Shown here one piece after another: positions 37,411 through 49,512 of a stretch of 64,000 nt of DNA (position 1 is the first letter of the stretch; every line of letters starts with the position of its first letter). The stretch spans positions 59,768,001-59,832,000 of the forward strand of contig NC_135804.1 in assembly GCF_964213995.1 (NCBI RefSeq). Reading direction: 5' to 3'. The translations under genes and the position numbers were made by a program. This DNA is from Mustelus asterias. Lineage: Eukaryota. The notes under the pieces were generated by a model. The model ran no database searches. It was given only the letters and a program-made list of their open reading frames with translations, and had not been told where the DNA came from.

Positions 37411-38712
37411 GTATGTGGCCAACAGGTCAAGAAACAATCTCCAAATTCAGTAAGGGGCATTTCTTGGAGTTTATTGGCACTGGCAATTTTAAAATAATAT
37501 CTCGAAATATCCAATCGAAGAAAATCTTATGTTTTCAGTCAAGATATATTGAATCAAACATATTGTCAAACCTAAGTAATTGTACTGACTTCCGACTGAA
37601 TGCTGTATTACAGCAGGTTCTTAGTTGTTTGAAAATAAAAAAAGAACAAGTGAGTTTTCTCTCCCATCCAATTATTTTACACTATTAACCTATTATTAGA
37701 CATTGAGTTACTTCTTATTTTATTTTCCCAGTATCAGTTTTCCTCCCACGATTTTATAGAAAATGAAGCGCCAGTTTGTTTTATTGGCCTCATGTGAAAG
37801 TGTCAGAAGCCAGCCGTTTAGATAACTCCTATTGGGCTTGTTTCTGTAGAAAGGTAATTACGACCCGTAACGTTAACTCTGTTTCTCTCCACAGATGCTG
37901 CCAGACCTACACCATTTTCTGTTTTTATTTTTCTTTATGCAGCGTTTTGGAGCGGGGAGGCATTTCATAAAATGCATTTCGACTTTAACTGTGATTTGCT
38001 TCCATTAAATGTAACTGAAACTCGTCTGATTAATGATAGCTATTTCCGTTTAATTAATAAATAACCGAAATTTAATTTGAGGGTGAAAGGTAAGCATTAC
38101 TTTGACAGCGATCTCCTTTCCGATGTAGTGACCGTCTGCAGTTAATAAACTGCAGACAACTGAGCATTTATTTTGTTGAATTGAAACAAAAACTACTCCT
38201 TTCAGCCTTGGCAAGTCCAAGTCTCACTAATTTGCCGCGAATTAATCAAATAAGAGTGAAAGAGGCAAAGAAAATTGAAGTTGCAGAAAACGTCCTTCTG
38301 TCAAATGGAATGTTAACCCTCTCACGCCAATGTTTAGAACATCCGAAACTGGTAGTCTCCCTGGCAGATAATTATGGCCTTGTGCCACCATTTGTGAAAG
38401 TAAGTTACTTTTACTTGCAGCTTTTGGTGGTAAATGTCATGGCCCCTGGAGTTCTGGAGTTAAGTCTTTAATTAGAAATACTATATGTAAAATGATTGGG
38501 AGACAAAGATGATCCGGCTGCTCGTTTGTAGTTTTTCCACATCATATCTAGAAAAATGACTTAGGGTTATTTTTAAACGTCCTTCTCCTAGGGCTGTCGT
38601 ACAAAGCTGCTGTTAATATGAGCAGTAGTTTACCCAATCGATTATAGTGAGAGTCAAGGATAGGTAATGCAGAAACAAATTAAAACACAGAACCAACCAT
38701 TTTTTCTTGCAG

Positions 38713-38823
38713 ATTCTGATGGTGGATGTCATTACCTCTGGATTTCTCGGTGTGTCATGGGTGGATTGGTGTTTCTGATGCTTATAATCATCACTGGGGC
38801 GAAATTGATTTCGAAGAATAAAG
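38713..38823 (+). CDS. Stalk/transmembrane exon
   Basis: Acceptor tttttcttgcag|AT, donor AAG|gtaat; 111 nt, phase 1-1. DSDGGCHYLWISRCVMGGLVFLMLIIITGAKLISKNK is a hydrophobic span followed by basic stop-transfer residues. Confidence 0.8.
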
Positions 38824-38889
38824 GTAATCCATAATTTTCATTTTGAGATAAATCTTCAGGGCGATCGTAAGGGCGCCCTCACGTAATCC

Positions 38890-39345
38890 CACATGTCTTT
38901 AGAATGCAGAAGGAGGCCTTTCGGCCCACCCAGATTTCATTGGTTCGCTGAAAGTGCATTCTACCAAACCCCACTCCGTCCCTTTTCTCCGTAATTTTGC
39001 ATGTTATTTCTTTTGAGATATCAATCAAATTCCCCTTCGAATACATCGATCGAACTTGCCTCCAACATCCTTTAAGGAAATTCGTTCCAGACTCCAACCA
39101 CCCTTTGGGTGTACAAAATCCTCACGTAATTTCTATTGCTTTGCCTATTATTTTGAAACTGTGCCCCGTAGTTTTTGATGTACATCTGAGGGAAAAGTGT
39201 TTCTCACTGATTGCCCTGTCCATAGCCCCCAGGACGTGGGATACCTTTATAAACTTTCCTCTCAGCCATCTATTTTCCAAGGAAAACAGACCCAATTTAA
39301 ACAATCTATGCTCATATCATGTTTCCTCAGAATCATTCTTGTGAA
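38890..39345 (-). mobile_element. CR1 LINE 3' fragment
   Basis: LGLFSLENRWLRGKFIKV..TTGHSFKI; CR1 3' stem GAAGGAGGCCTTTCGGCCC. Confidence 0.8.
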
Positions 39346-39880
39346 TTTCCTCAGCAGCCCCACACGATAACTATTCAATTAATATTTATTTGAAGCAAAA
39401 ACAATCTTTTTCTCAAACTCCAGCTGAATTCAGAATGTTAAAATGAAAGAATTGCCACAAATTGAAAAGAATCACATGATTTGGACAACACCAATGACGT
39501 TTTCAAGTAAAATGCTATCAACGTCTCTTCCAGTCGCTGTTCCCGAATGCTGATGAATTCATCGATTCGGATTTCCAACAAAGCACGGAAAATTTAACAC
39601 CTCAAAATCACTGCTGATAGTAATCCAACTTGATCCACCTCGAAATGTGGATTGTTCACTTCAATGTAGGATGCGATTCTTTATTGTGGGATCTGAAGAC
39701 GCTTCACACACTGGTCTACCTAAAAGTTTATTCCTCATATCTTTCTCTGTGGAAAGAAAACGATCTGCGGGTATTATTAATAAAATGATAATTTTCGTTT
39801 TGTTTTACCAATTATCTCTGTATTGGCACTCGCAGCGACACATGTCATACTATGCTTGTAGGGAAATGTCGTGCTTATAT

Positions 39881-40089
39881 TACTGCAGCAATAGTTCAAA
39901 GATGTGGATTCGTAATGCCGAGCAAATGGGGTAAAACTTGCAATGGGATGGTGAGAGTTTGAATTCAGCTGATATATATATAATATATATATATATATCA
40001 GCTGAATTCAAACTCTCACCATCCCATTGCAAGTTTTACCCCATTTGCTCGGCATTACGAATCCACATCTTTGAACTATTGCTGCAGTA
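39881..40089. repeat. Perfect inverted repeat (~100-bp arms) with (TA)n centre, followed by a (TA)n tract
   Basis: 39881-39981 is the reverse complement of ~39989-40089; AT microsatellite continues to ~40135. Confidence 0.95.
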
Positions 40090-42184
40090 TATATAATATA
40101 TATATATAATATATATATATATGATATATATATACATAACATGTGATCAGTAAAAGATTTGTGATTTGAGAGATTAGCATAACATGTTAAGTATCCGTTT
40201 AATATACTTCGGAGCCGAAAACTCGACATATCGCGATCCATCTATATGTGACTCCAATCCTACAACAGTATGGTTAGCTCTTAACAGGCCTTTGAACTGG
40301 CCGTGCAAGCAGTTTACTTCTCTCCAACGAAAGATGGAGAATAAATATCTGCGTCAGTGTTGCCCACGTGCAAAGAATAAATAAAACAAAATTCTTTGGT
40401 TTAACGTTTTTTGCATTCTTAGCATTCTCGTGCATTTCCAAAAAAAAATCACTTCCTTTGCAGTTTAAGATTACAAATATATTCAGGGTGTCCACATAAC
40501 TCAATACCCTGACAATGGGAATGCAATCTTGTGGCTCTTTGAACAGTTTTTAGTAGATGAGACAAACATTTTTCACAATATTATTGGTCCACTTTACACA
40601 TTGGTTCCCGCTTGTTTAATCTATATTATAGTGTCTTGCCTTTGTGATTTAATATCCAGCGATCTTTCCCATTACTGCTCTTCACTGACTGCTTTGCAGC
40701 CAGAATCCGGTGTCTCTTTGAATTCTATCCTTAGATGTTATCAACATAATCAACTGATAATTTTCTTCATGGTTGGAAAGCTCTACTGTTCTGTGCGCTG
40801 CATTCCCCCGTCATATAAATTCCTTGGAAAGCACAAGCATGGAGACTGACTGAATATCATGATCATGAAATGTATTTAAAATGCATTAATCCGGTTAGGT
40901 ATGAAAATGTAACAATACTGGACCGTGAGCTGGTAAATTCTTATAATTTATCCAAGAAGAGGATTAAAATTTATATAAATGTTGTGGAAATGGAAATTGT
41001 TTACTCCGACTTATTTCACAAAAGGTCTTTATCTCTCTTTCATGTCCATTAAAATATTGTTTTGATAAGCATTTGGTACTTCTTGAGATGTAGGTGCAGG
41101 TGGTTAAAGAAATACTGAAAATTACATTGGTAGTGTCATCGACACACAGCTCTGTACTAATTACATACAATTATCGGAGCGTTGCTTTTGCGAGTTGGCA
41201 TTGCATGTCTAAGATGTTGAAATTGCCTGGAATTGTGTTCTAATTGTAACACTGTAGTTTAGTGAAAATCGACAGAACGAAATGTCAGTCACAATAGGCG
41301 CCCGAATTTCCGGAATTAACATTGACACATCAATATGTATATTAACTGTGGTTGATGCATTTTTTAGGAGATGAAGCATAACACACTTGTGAGAGCATTG
41401 AGAAGATTAACACGTTGTAGCGACGCGCCGCTTGTGTTTTTACTATATTAGCAATTGTTGCGAAATATGTACCGCATGGGCGGGTTTATAAAACTAAATA
41501 AAGAAAATGCTCATTCGCTCATCTCGCTGCGGTAGTGCTTTTTAAAATTTAGACGTTAATGATTACAACATTAAAATGTACCTCGTGTTACCTATCAATA
41601 TAATGCTAGCGGTTCTGCTTACTTGCAGAATCATACAATTTTCGGATGAAATTCTACACCATGTTTTCCATTGTAAACTTTTCTAACTCACGAACAAATG
41701 GAAGCTTCAGCCGGTTCGCCTTAAGACCCATTAATTTTCCTAATCTGCTAATATTATGCTACATGTCGGAGTATGTTCTTAAATACATTTTTAGGTTGTT
41801 TGTTTATTTCTCGATACATATCTATTAGCACACATCTGCTAAACTCGTGACACTTGCCTTTGTGTAACGCACTGAAATGTTGTAATGATGATCAAATTAT
41901 AGATAAGTAGGATTTCAGGTAACTGGGAGCACAACCGCCTGAAAATTCCTTTTCAAGTCACTTATCATACTGATTTGGAAATACATCGCCGTTTATTCAT
42001 CGTCGCTTAGTCAACATCCTGGAACTCCTTCCATAACAGCTCTGTGGGCATGCTGGGCTGCAGTGGTTTCCTATGACAGCTCACTGTCACCTTCTCAGGA
42101 GTCGCTGGCGATGGGCAGTAAATGCTGGCCGAGAAAGAGACACCCAAAGCCAAAATCAGATGGATTTTTAAGTCTGCAATCAAT

Positions 42185-42335
42185 ATATAGAATCCCTATA
42201 GTGCAGAAGGAGGCCAAACGGCCCAACAAGTCTGCTTCGACTCTCCGACAGGGCATCTCACAGACAGTCACCCAAGGCCAGAATCGAACCTGGTCCCCGG
42301 GCATTGTGTTAACCACTGTGCCAGCGTTCCGCCTT
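42185..42335 (-). mobile_element. Internally deleted V-SINE
   Basis: CR1-type tail joined to CAGACAGTCACCCAAGGCCAGAATCGAACC and a tRNA head remnant. Confidence 0.6.
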
Positions 42336-43561
42336 TTCCCAAATGACAAAAAACTGTTGGAATTGTGCAAATTTTATTCAATCGCCTTTCGATTACAACA
42401 AATTTTGCGAAAGCCAACTATTGTTGCTCAAGCACTGTATTGTGTGAAAAAATACCTGATGGGATGTGTTGCTGTTCAGCTTCATCCGCAGCGTGATCCT
42501 TGCACAGGTTCGAAGGTAATTGTGAGGTCACATTCGGGGAAGTTCCCTGAATATATTCATGCTCAAGAATCCCTTTCAGTCACAATTTAACGTGTATAAA
42601 TAACGATTCAAAGCGGCTGCCAATGTATCCATAATTCCCTGTTTCACACTCAGGTGTCTTGTATGGTTTGAAAGATTGCCCTTTTCTTTTAAGAACGCTC
42701 TGAAATTTGCTACGGTCGTGACAATGGAAACGTTCGTGCTCACAAAGAGAGGCGAATACTGCTCAACACACACGCATGAGAACGTACCCGCAGAGTGGAG
42801 TGAAAAAATACAGACGGCAAATGCGTTGACAGTATGCACGCCCAGTGAAAAGATATCTGTCCCAGAGAATTAAAATACGTACACTATGAGAAAGACGAGC
42901 ATATCAAAGATAATCGATAGACGTTTTGGAAAACAAAAACATGGCAACATTCATTCTTTCATTCTGTCTTAATTCATCGCGTACTCGCTGAATTTCTCAC
43001 TCATCACTATCAGAAGCTATTTACTTCATGATTTTGCCGTCATGGCGAGCTATGCATTTCAGACCGCAGATGTAAACTTGCCAGGGAATGGACTGGGTAC
43101 TGTTTATCCAATCCATCATTATTAGACCTAAATGTCAGCACGTCGGCTGTATAGATGGCGTCATCCAAACTTACCGAGGTGTCCTAAATTTTAGAGATTC
43201 CATTGACTGCTTAAATGCATATAGATAAAATGACATGTACAGAACGCATACTTTTCAAACAATAGGAGCAACGTAGTATGGAGACTGCAGCATATCCAAC
43301 TGTAAGGCGATGGCCTACGCAGCTGAGATGCAGAGAGCCTTCTACTAGCAGGACTTATTGTCCCACCTGCCTACTAAGCCAGAAACCAAAGCAGCATCTG
43401 CACCAACTTGTAATCACAGAGTTAGATACAGGCAGTTGTACATTCGCAATATCCTCTACTTCTGTCAAATAAACCTGCATCCTGGTGAAACTGGTTCTAC
43501 GTTTTGCAAAGAAAAGTTGTATTCAGCTATATTTCACAGATATGCAGGATCAACCGCGCAT

Positions 43562-43893
43562 CATAGAAACATGCTGATAGAATCATAGAATTTCTCCAGT
43601 ACTGAAGACCATTCGGGCCCGTTGAATCTGTACAGTCTCAGCATTTTTCCAAGGCCATCCCCAATCCCCTGCCCTACCCCCATTATCCCACGCATTTATC
43701 ACGGCTCATCCACCTAACGCACACATCTTGAGACAATAAGGGGCAATATATACTGGCCAATCCATTTAATCCTCACATCACTGGACTGTGGGAGGAAAGT
43801 GGACCCCTGTAGAAACCCACAGAGACACGGGGGAACGTACAAACTCCACATAGTCAGGAATTGAACCCGGGTCCCTGGCGCTGTGAGGCAGCA
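43562..43893 (-). mobile_element. V-SINE (HE1-like), head truncated by adjacent CR1
   Basis: GGACTGTGGGAGGAAA..AAACTCCACA..GAACCCGGGTCCCTGGCGCTGTGAGGCAGC on + strand. Confidence 0.8.
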
Positions 43894-45175
43894 GAAACAT
43901 AACATAGAAACATAGAAAATAGAAGCAGGAGTCGGCCTTTCGACCCTTTGAGCCTGCTTCGCCATTCATTGTGATCATGGTTGACCATCAAACTCAATAT
44001 CCTGATCCCAACGTTCCTCAATGTCCCTTGATCCCTTTAGCCCCATGAGCTATATCTAATTTATTCTTGAAATTACACAAAGTTTTGGCCTCAACTCCTT
44101 ACTGTGGTAGTGAATTCCACACGTTCACCACTCTCTAGATGAAGAAATTTCTCCTCACCTCAGTTTGAAATGGTTTACCCCTTATCCCCAAACTATGACC
44201 CTTATTTCTGGACTAACCCGCGATCGGGAACATTCTTTCTGAATGGACCCTGTCTGACCCATGATTGGGAACATTCTTTCTGAACCTACCGTGTCTAACT
44301 CAGTTAGAGCCTTAAAATTTGTATGAGACCCCTTCTCACTCTTTAAAACTCCAATGAACACACTCATAGCCGACTTAGTCTCTCCTCACACGACAGACCT
44401 GCCATCCCAGGGATCAGCCTGGTAAACCTTCGAAGTTCTCCCTTTATAGCAAGGGCATCGCTCCTCAGATAAAGACACTGGAACTGCACATAATACTCCA
44501 GATGTGGCCTCACCACGCCCTATGCAATTGCAGTAATAAATCTCTCTTCACATACTCAAATCCTCTCGCTATGAAGGCCAACATGCCATTTGACTTCTCT
44601 ACTGCCTTATGTACCTGCACGAGGACACCAAGGTCCCGTTAATTTCACACATTAAAGTAGTAATCGGTCTGCCTATTATGGCTACCAACGTGAACAATCT
44701 CACATTTATCCACATTGCACTGCATCTGCCATGTATATACCCACATACTCAGCCTGTCCAAATCACGCGGAAGCATCTCTGCTTCTCAGCTCAACCTCCC
44801 ACCCAACTTTGCATCATCTACAAATTTGGAGATAATACATTTAGTGTCCTCTTCCAAATCAATAATCTATAATATGAACAGTTAGAGTCCTAGCCGAGAT
44901 CCTTGCGGTGTCCCACTAGTCACTGCCTGTCAATCAAAAAAGATCCATTAATGCCAACGTTTTGCTTCCTCGCTGCTGACGAGCTTTCGATCTATCTCAG
45001 GAAATTACCTGCAATCCCATGCGCTTTAACTTGACATCGTAATCTGCTATTTGAGACGCTGTCGAAAGCCTACTGATATTCTAAATGAACCACATCCACT
45101 GATTCTCCTCGGTGAACTCTACGAGCTACATCCTCGAAGAATGCCAATTTCCCCTTTGTAAAGCCATGCTGATTT
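43894..45175 (-). mobile_element. CR1 LINE, degenerate, abutting/inserted into a V-SINE head
   Basis: Tail AAACATAACATAGAAACATAGAAAATAG; RT remnants similar to the reverse complement of 29900-31180; small internal duplication at 44222-44285. Confidence 0.85.
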
Positions 45176-45179
45176 AGCT

Positions 45180-45860
45180 GTGCTAAGTGAGGGATAAATG
45201 AGGGACTGAAACATGGATTTCATGGAAAGATGGATAGGAAATTAAAGGGGGAAGCACGTTCATGGACTTTGGAGGGGCAAATATGTTGGAAATAGGATAG
45301 TGGTTTGCATGAATGAAGGGCGGAATGATTGATCAGTTGAGAAGACGGATTATGTCGGCAAATTGGCAGAAGTGTGTAATCGTAAAGAGAAGAACTACCA
45401 ACTGTATCAGTTACCATAGATAGCAGGAATGAGGGATTGCGTTATCACCAGTTTAGTGGGAATAGAGTCAAGGATGTAGGCGGTTGGCTTCATGATGAGT
45501 TCGAAGACGGCAAGTGGAGAAGCTGGAAGGAAAGTGGAGAATAATGTGATTTTAGGGAAGAGGTGAAGGGTATGGCGGGGTGCGCATTCCTTAGAGGACA
45601 ATGGGGAAATGGATGCGACGGAGGCAGCTGAGCAGATGTTTTCAAGTTTAGTAACTGAAAAGTCCATGCAATCCTCGGACTTGTAGGAGATGGCGCGTGA
45701 GAGGAGATAAAGGTTTACGGAGGCGGTTTGAAGTAGAAGAAAGATGCCAGAGGTCAGTCAACATTGCTTTCTGGGTGATTCGCGAAAATTGAATAATTTT
45801 GGCAGACTGTAGCAGGACCCTGTGGTTCTTTATATGGCCCATAGTCATCAGCCGATCAAT
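45180..45860 (-). mobile_element. L2-like LINE fragment
   Basis: MDFSVTKLENICS..LIMKPTAYILDSIPTKL, an L2 ORF2 mid-region pattern. Confidence 0.55.
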
Positions 45861-47449
45861 AAACAAACCCCAGTTTAATTATATTGCTGTAAATTAAGTT
45901 GATAATTATTGCCCAGTCGCAATTAGAGGATATAAAATAACCCACGTCCTTTCAAGTTAATAAGAGTTTGATATGGGTGCAGCTGCGTGCGCCTGACCGT
46001 CTAATTATATTGACGCCGTGCAGAGTTTGACAGTGTATCTAACGATGCCTATGCTTGCCACCTCAAACACATAGTGTGTGTGTGGATGGAATCTAGAAAA
46101 CGTTAATAAAGCAATTCAATACTTGAAACATAGTTCAGAGTTTTTTTATGCATGGTGAATATGACTTAAAACACACAGTTCAGAATTTTGTTTTTAATTA
46201 TTAAGTAAACACAGTTGATCATTTCTGCCTCTGCTGCACATAATTCCACGAGTGCAATACCATAGTGTTTGAACAAGAACAGAACGTTTCCAAATACAGT
46301 TGGAAGCGCAGAGAGCAGAAAGATTCAAAAGCTGAGAACAAGACGAAGGAGCCACCAATGAAGAGAATCGAAGGTTCATGCAGCATTCGCTTACAACTAT
46401 TTCACCTTGAAACTTACGACATATTCGTCCTCTAACATTAGATCATATAATCTTAACTGCTGGTTGAATTCTATATAGAAAATGAGCTTGATTCTATGCA
46501 AACGGCTGTAATATGAAGAGGGAGAGGGCTGTGGTTGCGTTTTCACGTCTATTCTTTTTTACAGGCTGTCAGGTAACTTGATGGATGAATGGTGCCAGAT
46601 GACGTTACTTTTTAAATAAATCTATTTGATAATTGTGCATACGATGCTTCTGAGTGTGCAAGCATTTCTGTTGTCTTACGTTTTATTGATATTAATAGAA
46701 GTGCCCCACAGACAATTCTCCGTTCATAGAATGATAAATACGAGCTGCGTTAAAAGACCATTAAAAACAACACACACTTCTTGTATTTCTGCCTCCATCC
46801 ACAGTCACGATATAAATTCCGAAGGTATGCAACATTCTTAGTTTGCTCTCTTTCCTATCAGGTCATAAGCGTAGATTCGTCGTTCTGCTTCTGGCCGTTG
46901 AATTGCCCGGAAAAATTAACACAGGCCCTGTTTGGAATATGAAGAGCGAGATTTACCGATAACACGATCTGTATTTTCGCAACAATCAGCCGTTTAAACA
47001 AAATAAATCATCAATAACTTTATTAATGTATGTATGTAGTCTCTTTTCCGCAAGTTGGTTCCATATTTTACGATGACTGCACTCCACAGAGAATTAATTG
47101 TTTCTGATATGTTTTGGAATGTCCCGGGTGAGTGATTAGGGTATAATTTTAAAGCAACATCTTTATTATACTTTACGGTAGTAAGTCTTTGGACCAATAC
47201 CCCTTTACTGTGGCAAATGTTTTGTAATCTGCAGTTGTGCAGTTTTTCAACTATCAAATTTCAAGTATTTAATCTTATTTAGTGCTGAATGATATGTTTC
47301 AGTCAAGCCTTCGAGGGGACGCAAAAAGGTCTATCATTTTTCAACCCGACCCATTATCTTAGCGCGTCAGCTTCCATCAATATTTTGCCAGCGTCCTCTT
47401 CCTTCATTAAGACTAAGACACAATATTTATCCAGAGTTCTACCTGTTAC

Positions 47450-49512
47450 AAAGAACAAAGAACAATACAGCACAGGAACAGGCCCTTCGGCCCTCCAAGC
47501 CCGCGCCGCTCCCCGGTCCAGGATTGAATCCTGAATCCAGGATCCCCGCCCAATTTTCCAGCCTATCTACATACCAATATCCTATCCACCGAGCTGTCCC
47601 TCACAGCTACGATGCTTTGTTCATTACAACCTATTAACTTACCCCCACCCCCCCATTCCAGACCATGTGATCTCCAGGGAGAGGCGAAAACCCAGAGTGA
47701 AAAACCCCAGGGCCAATATGGGGAAAAGAAAATCTGGGAAATTCCTCTCCGACCCCCTGAGGCGATCGAAACGAGTCCAGGAGATCACAATGGCCCCGAT
47801 CGGAAAATGCTTCCCAACCCTAGTCATTTCCACTTCCACGAACACCATATGAATTCCCTGTCCCCGAGACAGGTTCCCAACTATCCGCAGTCTCACTCTG
47901 TACTGGCACCAGCAAGATGATCGTAGAATGAAGCCTTGAAACGAGAAACCAGGAACAATTAGCCCGCGCCGCTCCCTGGTCCAAACTAGACCACTCTTTT
48001 GTATCCCTCCATTCCCACTCCGTTCATATAGCTGTCTAGATAAGTCTTAAACGTTCCCAGTGTGTCCGCCTCCACCACCTTGCCCGGCAACACATTCCAG
48101 GCCCCCACGACCCTCTGTGTGAAATATGTCCTTCTGATATCTGTGTTAAACCTCCCCCCCTTCACCTTGAACCTATGACCCCTCGTGAACGTCACCACCG
48201 ACCCGGGGAAAAGCTTCCCACCGTTCACCCTATCTATGCCTTTCATAATTTTATACACCTCTATTAAGTCTCCCCTCATCCTCCGTCTTTCCAAGGAGAA
48301 CAACCCCAGTTTCCCCAATCTCTCCTCATAACCAAGCCCCTCCATACCAGGCAACATCCTGGTAAACCTCCTCTGTACTCTCTCCAAAGCCTCCACGTCC
48401 TTCTGGTAGTGTGGCGACCAGAACTGGACGCAGTATTCCAAATGCGGCCGAACCAACGTTCTATACATCTGCAACATCAGACCCCAACTTTTATACTCTA
48501 TGCCCCGTCCTATAAAGGCAAGCATGCCACATGCCTTCTTCACCACCTTCTCCACCTGTGACGTCACCTTCAAAGATCTGTGGACTTGCACACCCAGGTC
48601 CCTCTGCGTCTCTACACCCTTTATGGTTCTTCCATTTATCGTGTAGCTCCTCCCTACATTATTCCCACCAAAATGCATCACTTCGCATTTATCAGGATTG
48701 AACTCCATCTGACATTTCCTTGCCCAAATTTCCAGCCTATCTATATCCTTCTGTAGCCTCTGACAATGTTCCTCACTATCTGCAAGTCCTGCCAGTTTTG
48801 TGTCGTCCGCAAACTTACTGATCACCCCAGTTACTCCTTCTTCCAGATCATTTGTATAAATCACAAACAGCAGAGGTCCCAATACAGAGCCCTGCGGTAC
48901 ACCACTAGTCACAGGCCTCCAGCCGGAAAAAGACCCTTCCACTACCACCCTCTGTCTTCTATGACCAAGCCAGTTCTCCACCCATCTAGCCACCTCCCCC
49001 TTTATCCCATGGGATCCAACCTTTTTCACTAGCCTACCATGAGGGACTTTGTCAAATGCTTTACTAAAGTCCATATAGACAACATCCACGGCCCTTCCTT
49101 CGTCAACCATTTTGGTCACTTCTTCAAAAAACACCACCAGGTTCGTGAGGCATGACCTCCCTCTCACAAAACCATGTTGACTATCGTTAATGAGTTTATT
49201 CCTTTCTAAATGCGCATACATCCTATCTTTAAGAATCTTCTCCAACAACTTCCCCACCACGGACGTCAAGCTCACCGGCCTATAATTACCCGGGTTATCC
49301 TTCCTACCTTTCTTAAATAACGGGACCACATTGGCTATCCTCCAATCCTCTGGGACCTCACCTGTGTCCAGTGACGAGACAAAGATTTGCGTCAGAGGCC
49401 CAACTATTTCACCTCTCGTCTCCCTGAGCAGCCTTGGATAGATTCCATCAGGCCCTGGGGATTTGTCAGTCTTTATATTCTCTAACAAACCTAACACTTC
49501 CTCCTTTGTAAT
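47450..49512 (-). mobile_element. CR1 LINE, young, 5' truncated, uninterrupted 503-aa RT ORF, extended 3' UTR
   Basis: ORF 47986-49497; tail (TTCTTTG)n; candidate TSD TGTTAC at 47444-47449 / 49514-49519. Confidence 0.95.

Larger units (their letters stand above)
35911..38823 (+). pseudogene. Non-rearranging antigen-receptor-like IgSF gene (leader-VJ-C1-TM), single premature stop in C1 exon; cytoplasmic exon(s) not securely located
   Basis: Four exons with canonical GT/AG junctions, all phase 1, joining in frame to ~268 codons: signal peptide, V-set, C1-set, TM. In-frame TAG at 37188-37190. Confidence 0.85.

Noticed and set aside
37411-37688. Open frame running past the C1 donor, like an Ig secretory tail
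   Set aside because: Lies downstream of the premature stop, has no tailpiece features, and a good donor and downstream TM exon exist; likely chance.
42654-42873. Candidate cytoplasmic exon (..THENVPAEW..)
   Set aside because: Long open frame only in phase 2; the phase-1 frame stops after ~16 codons; no clear signalling motif.
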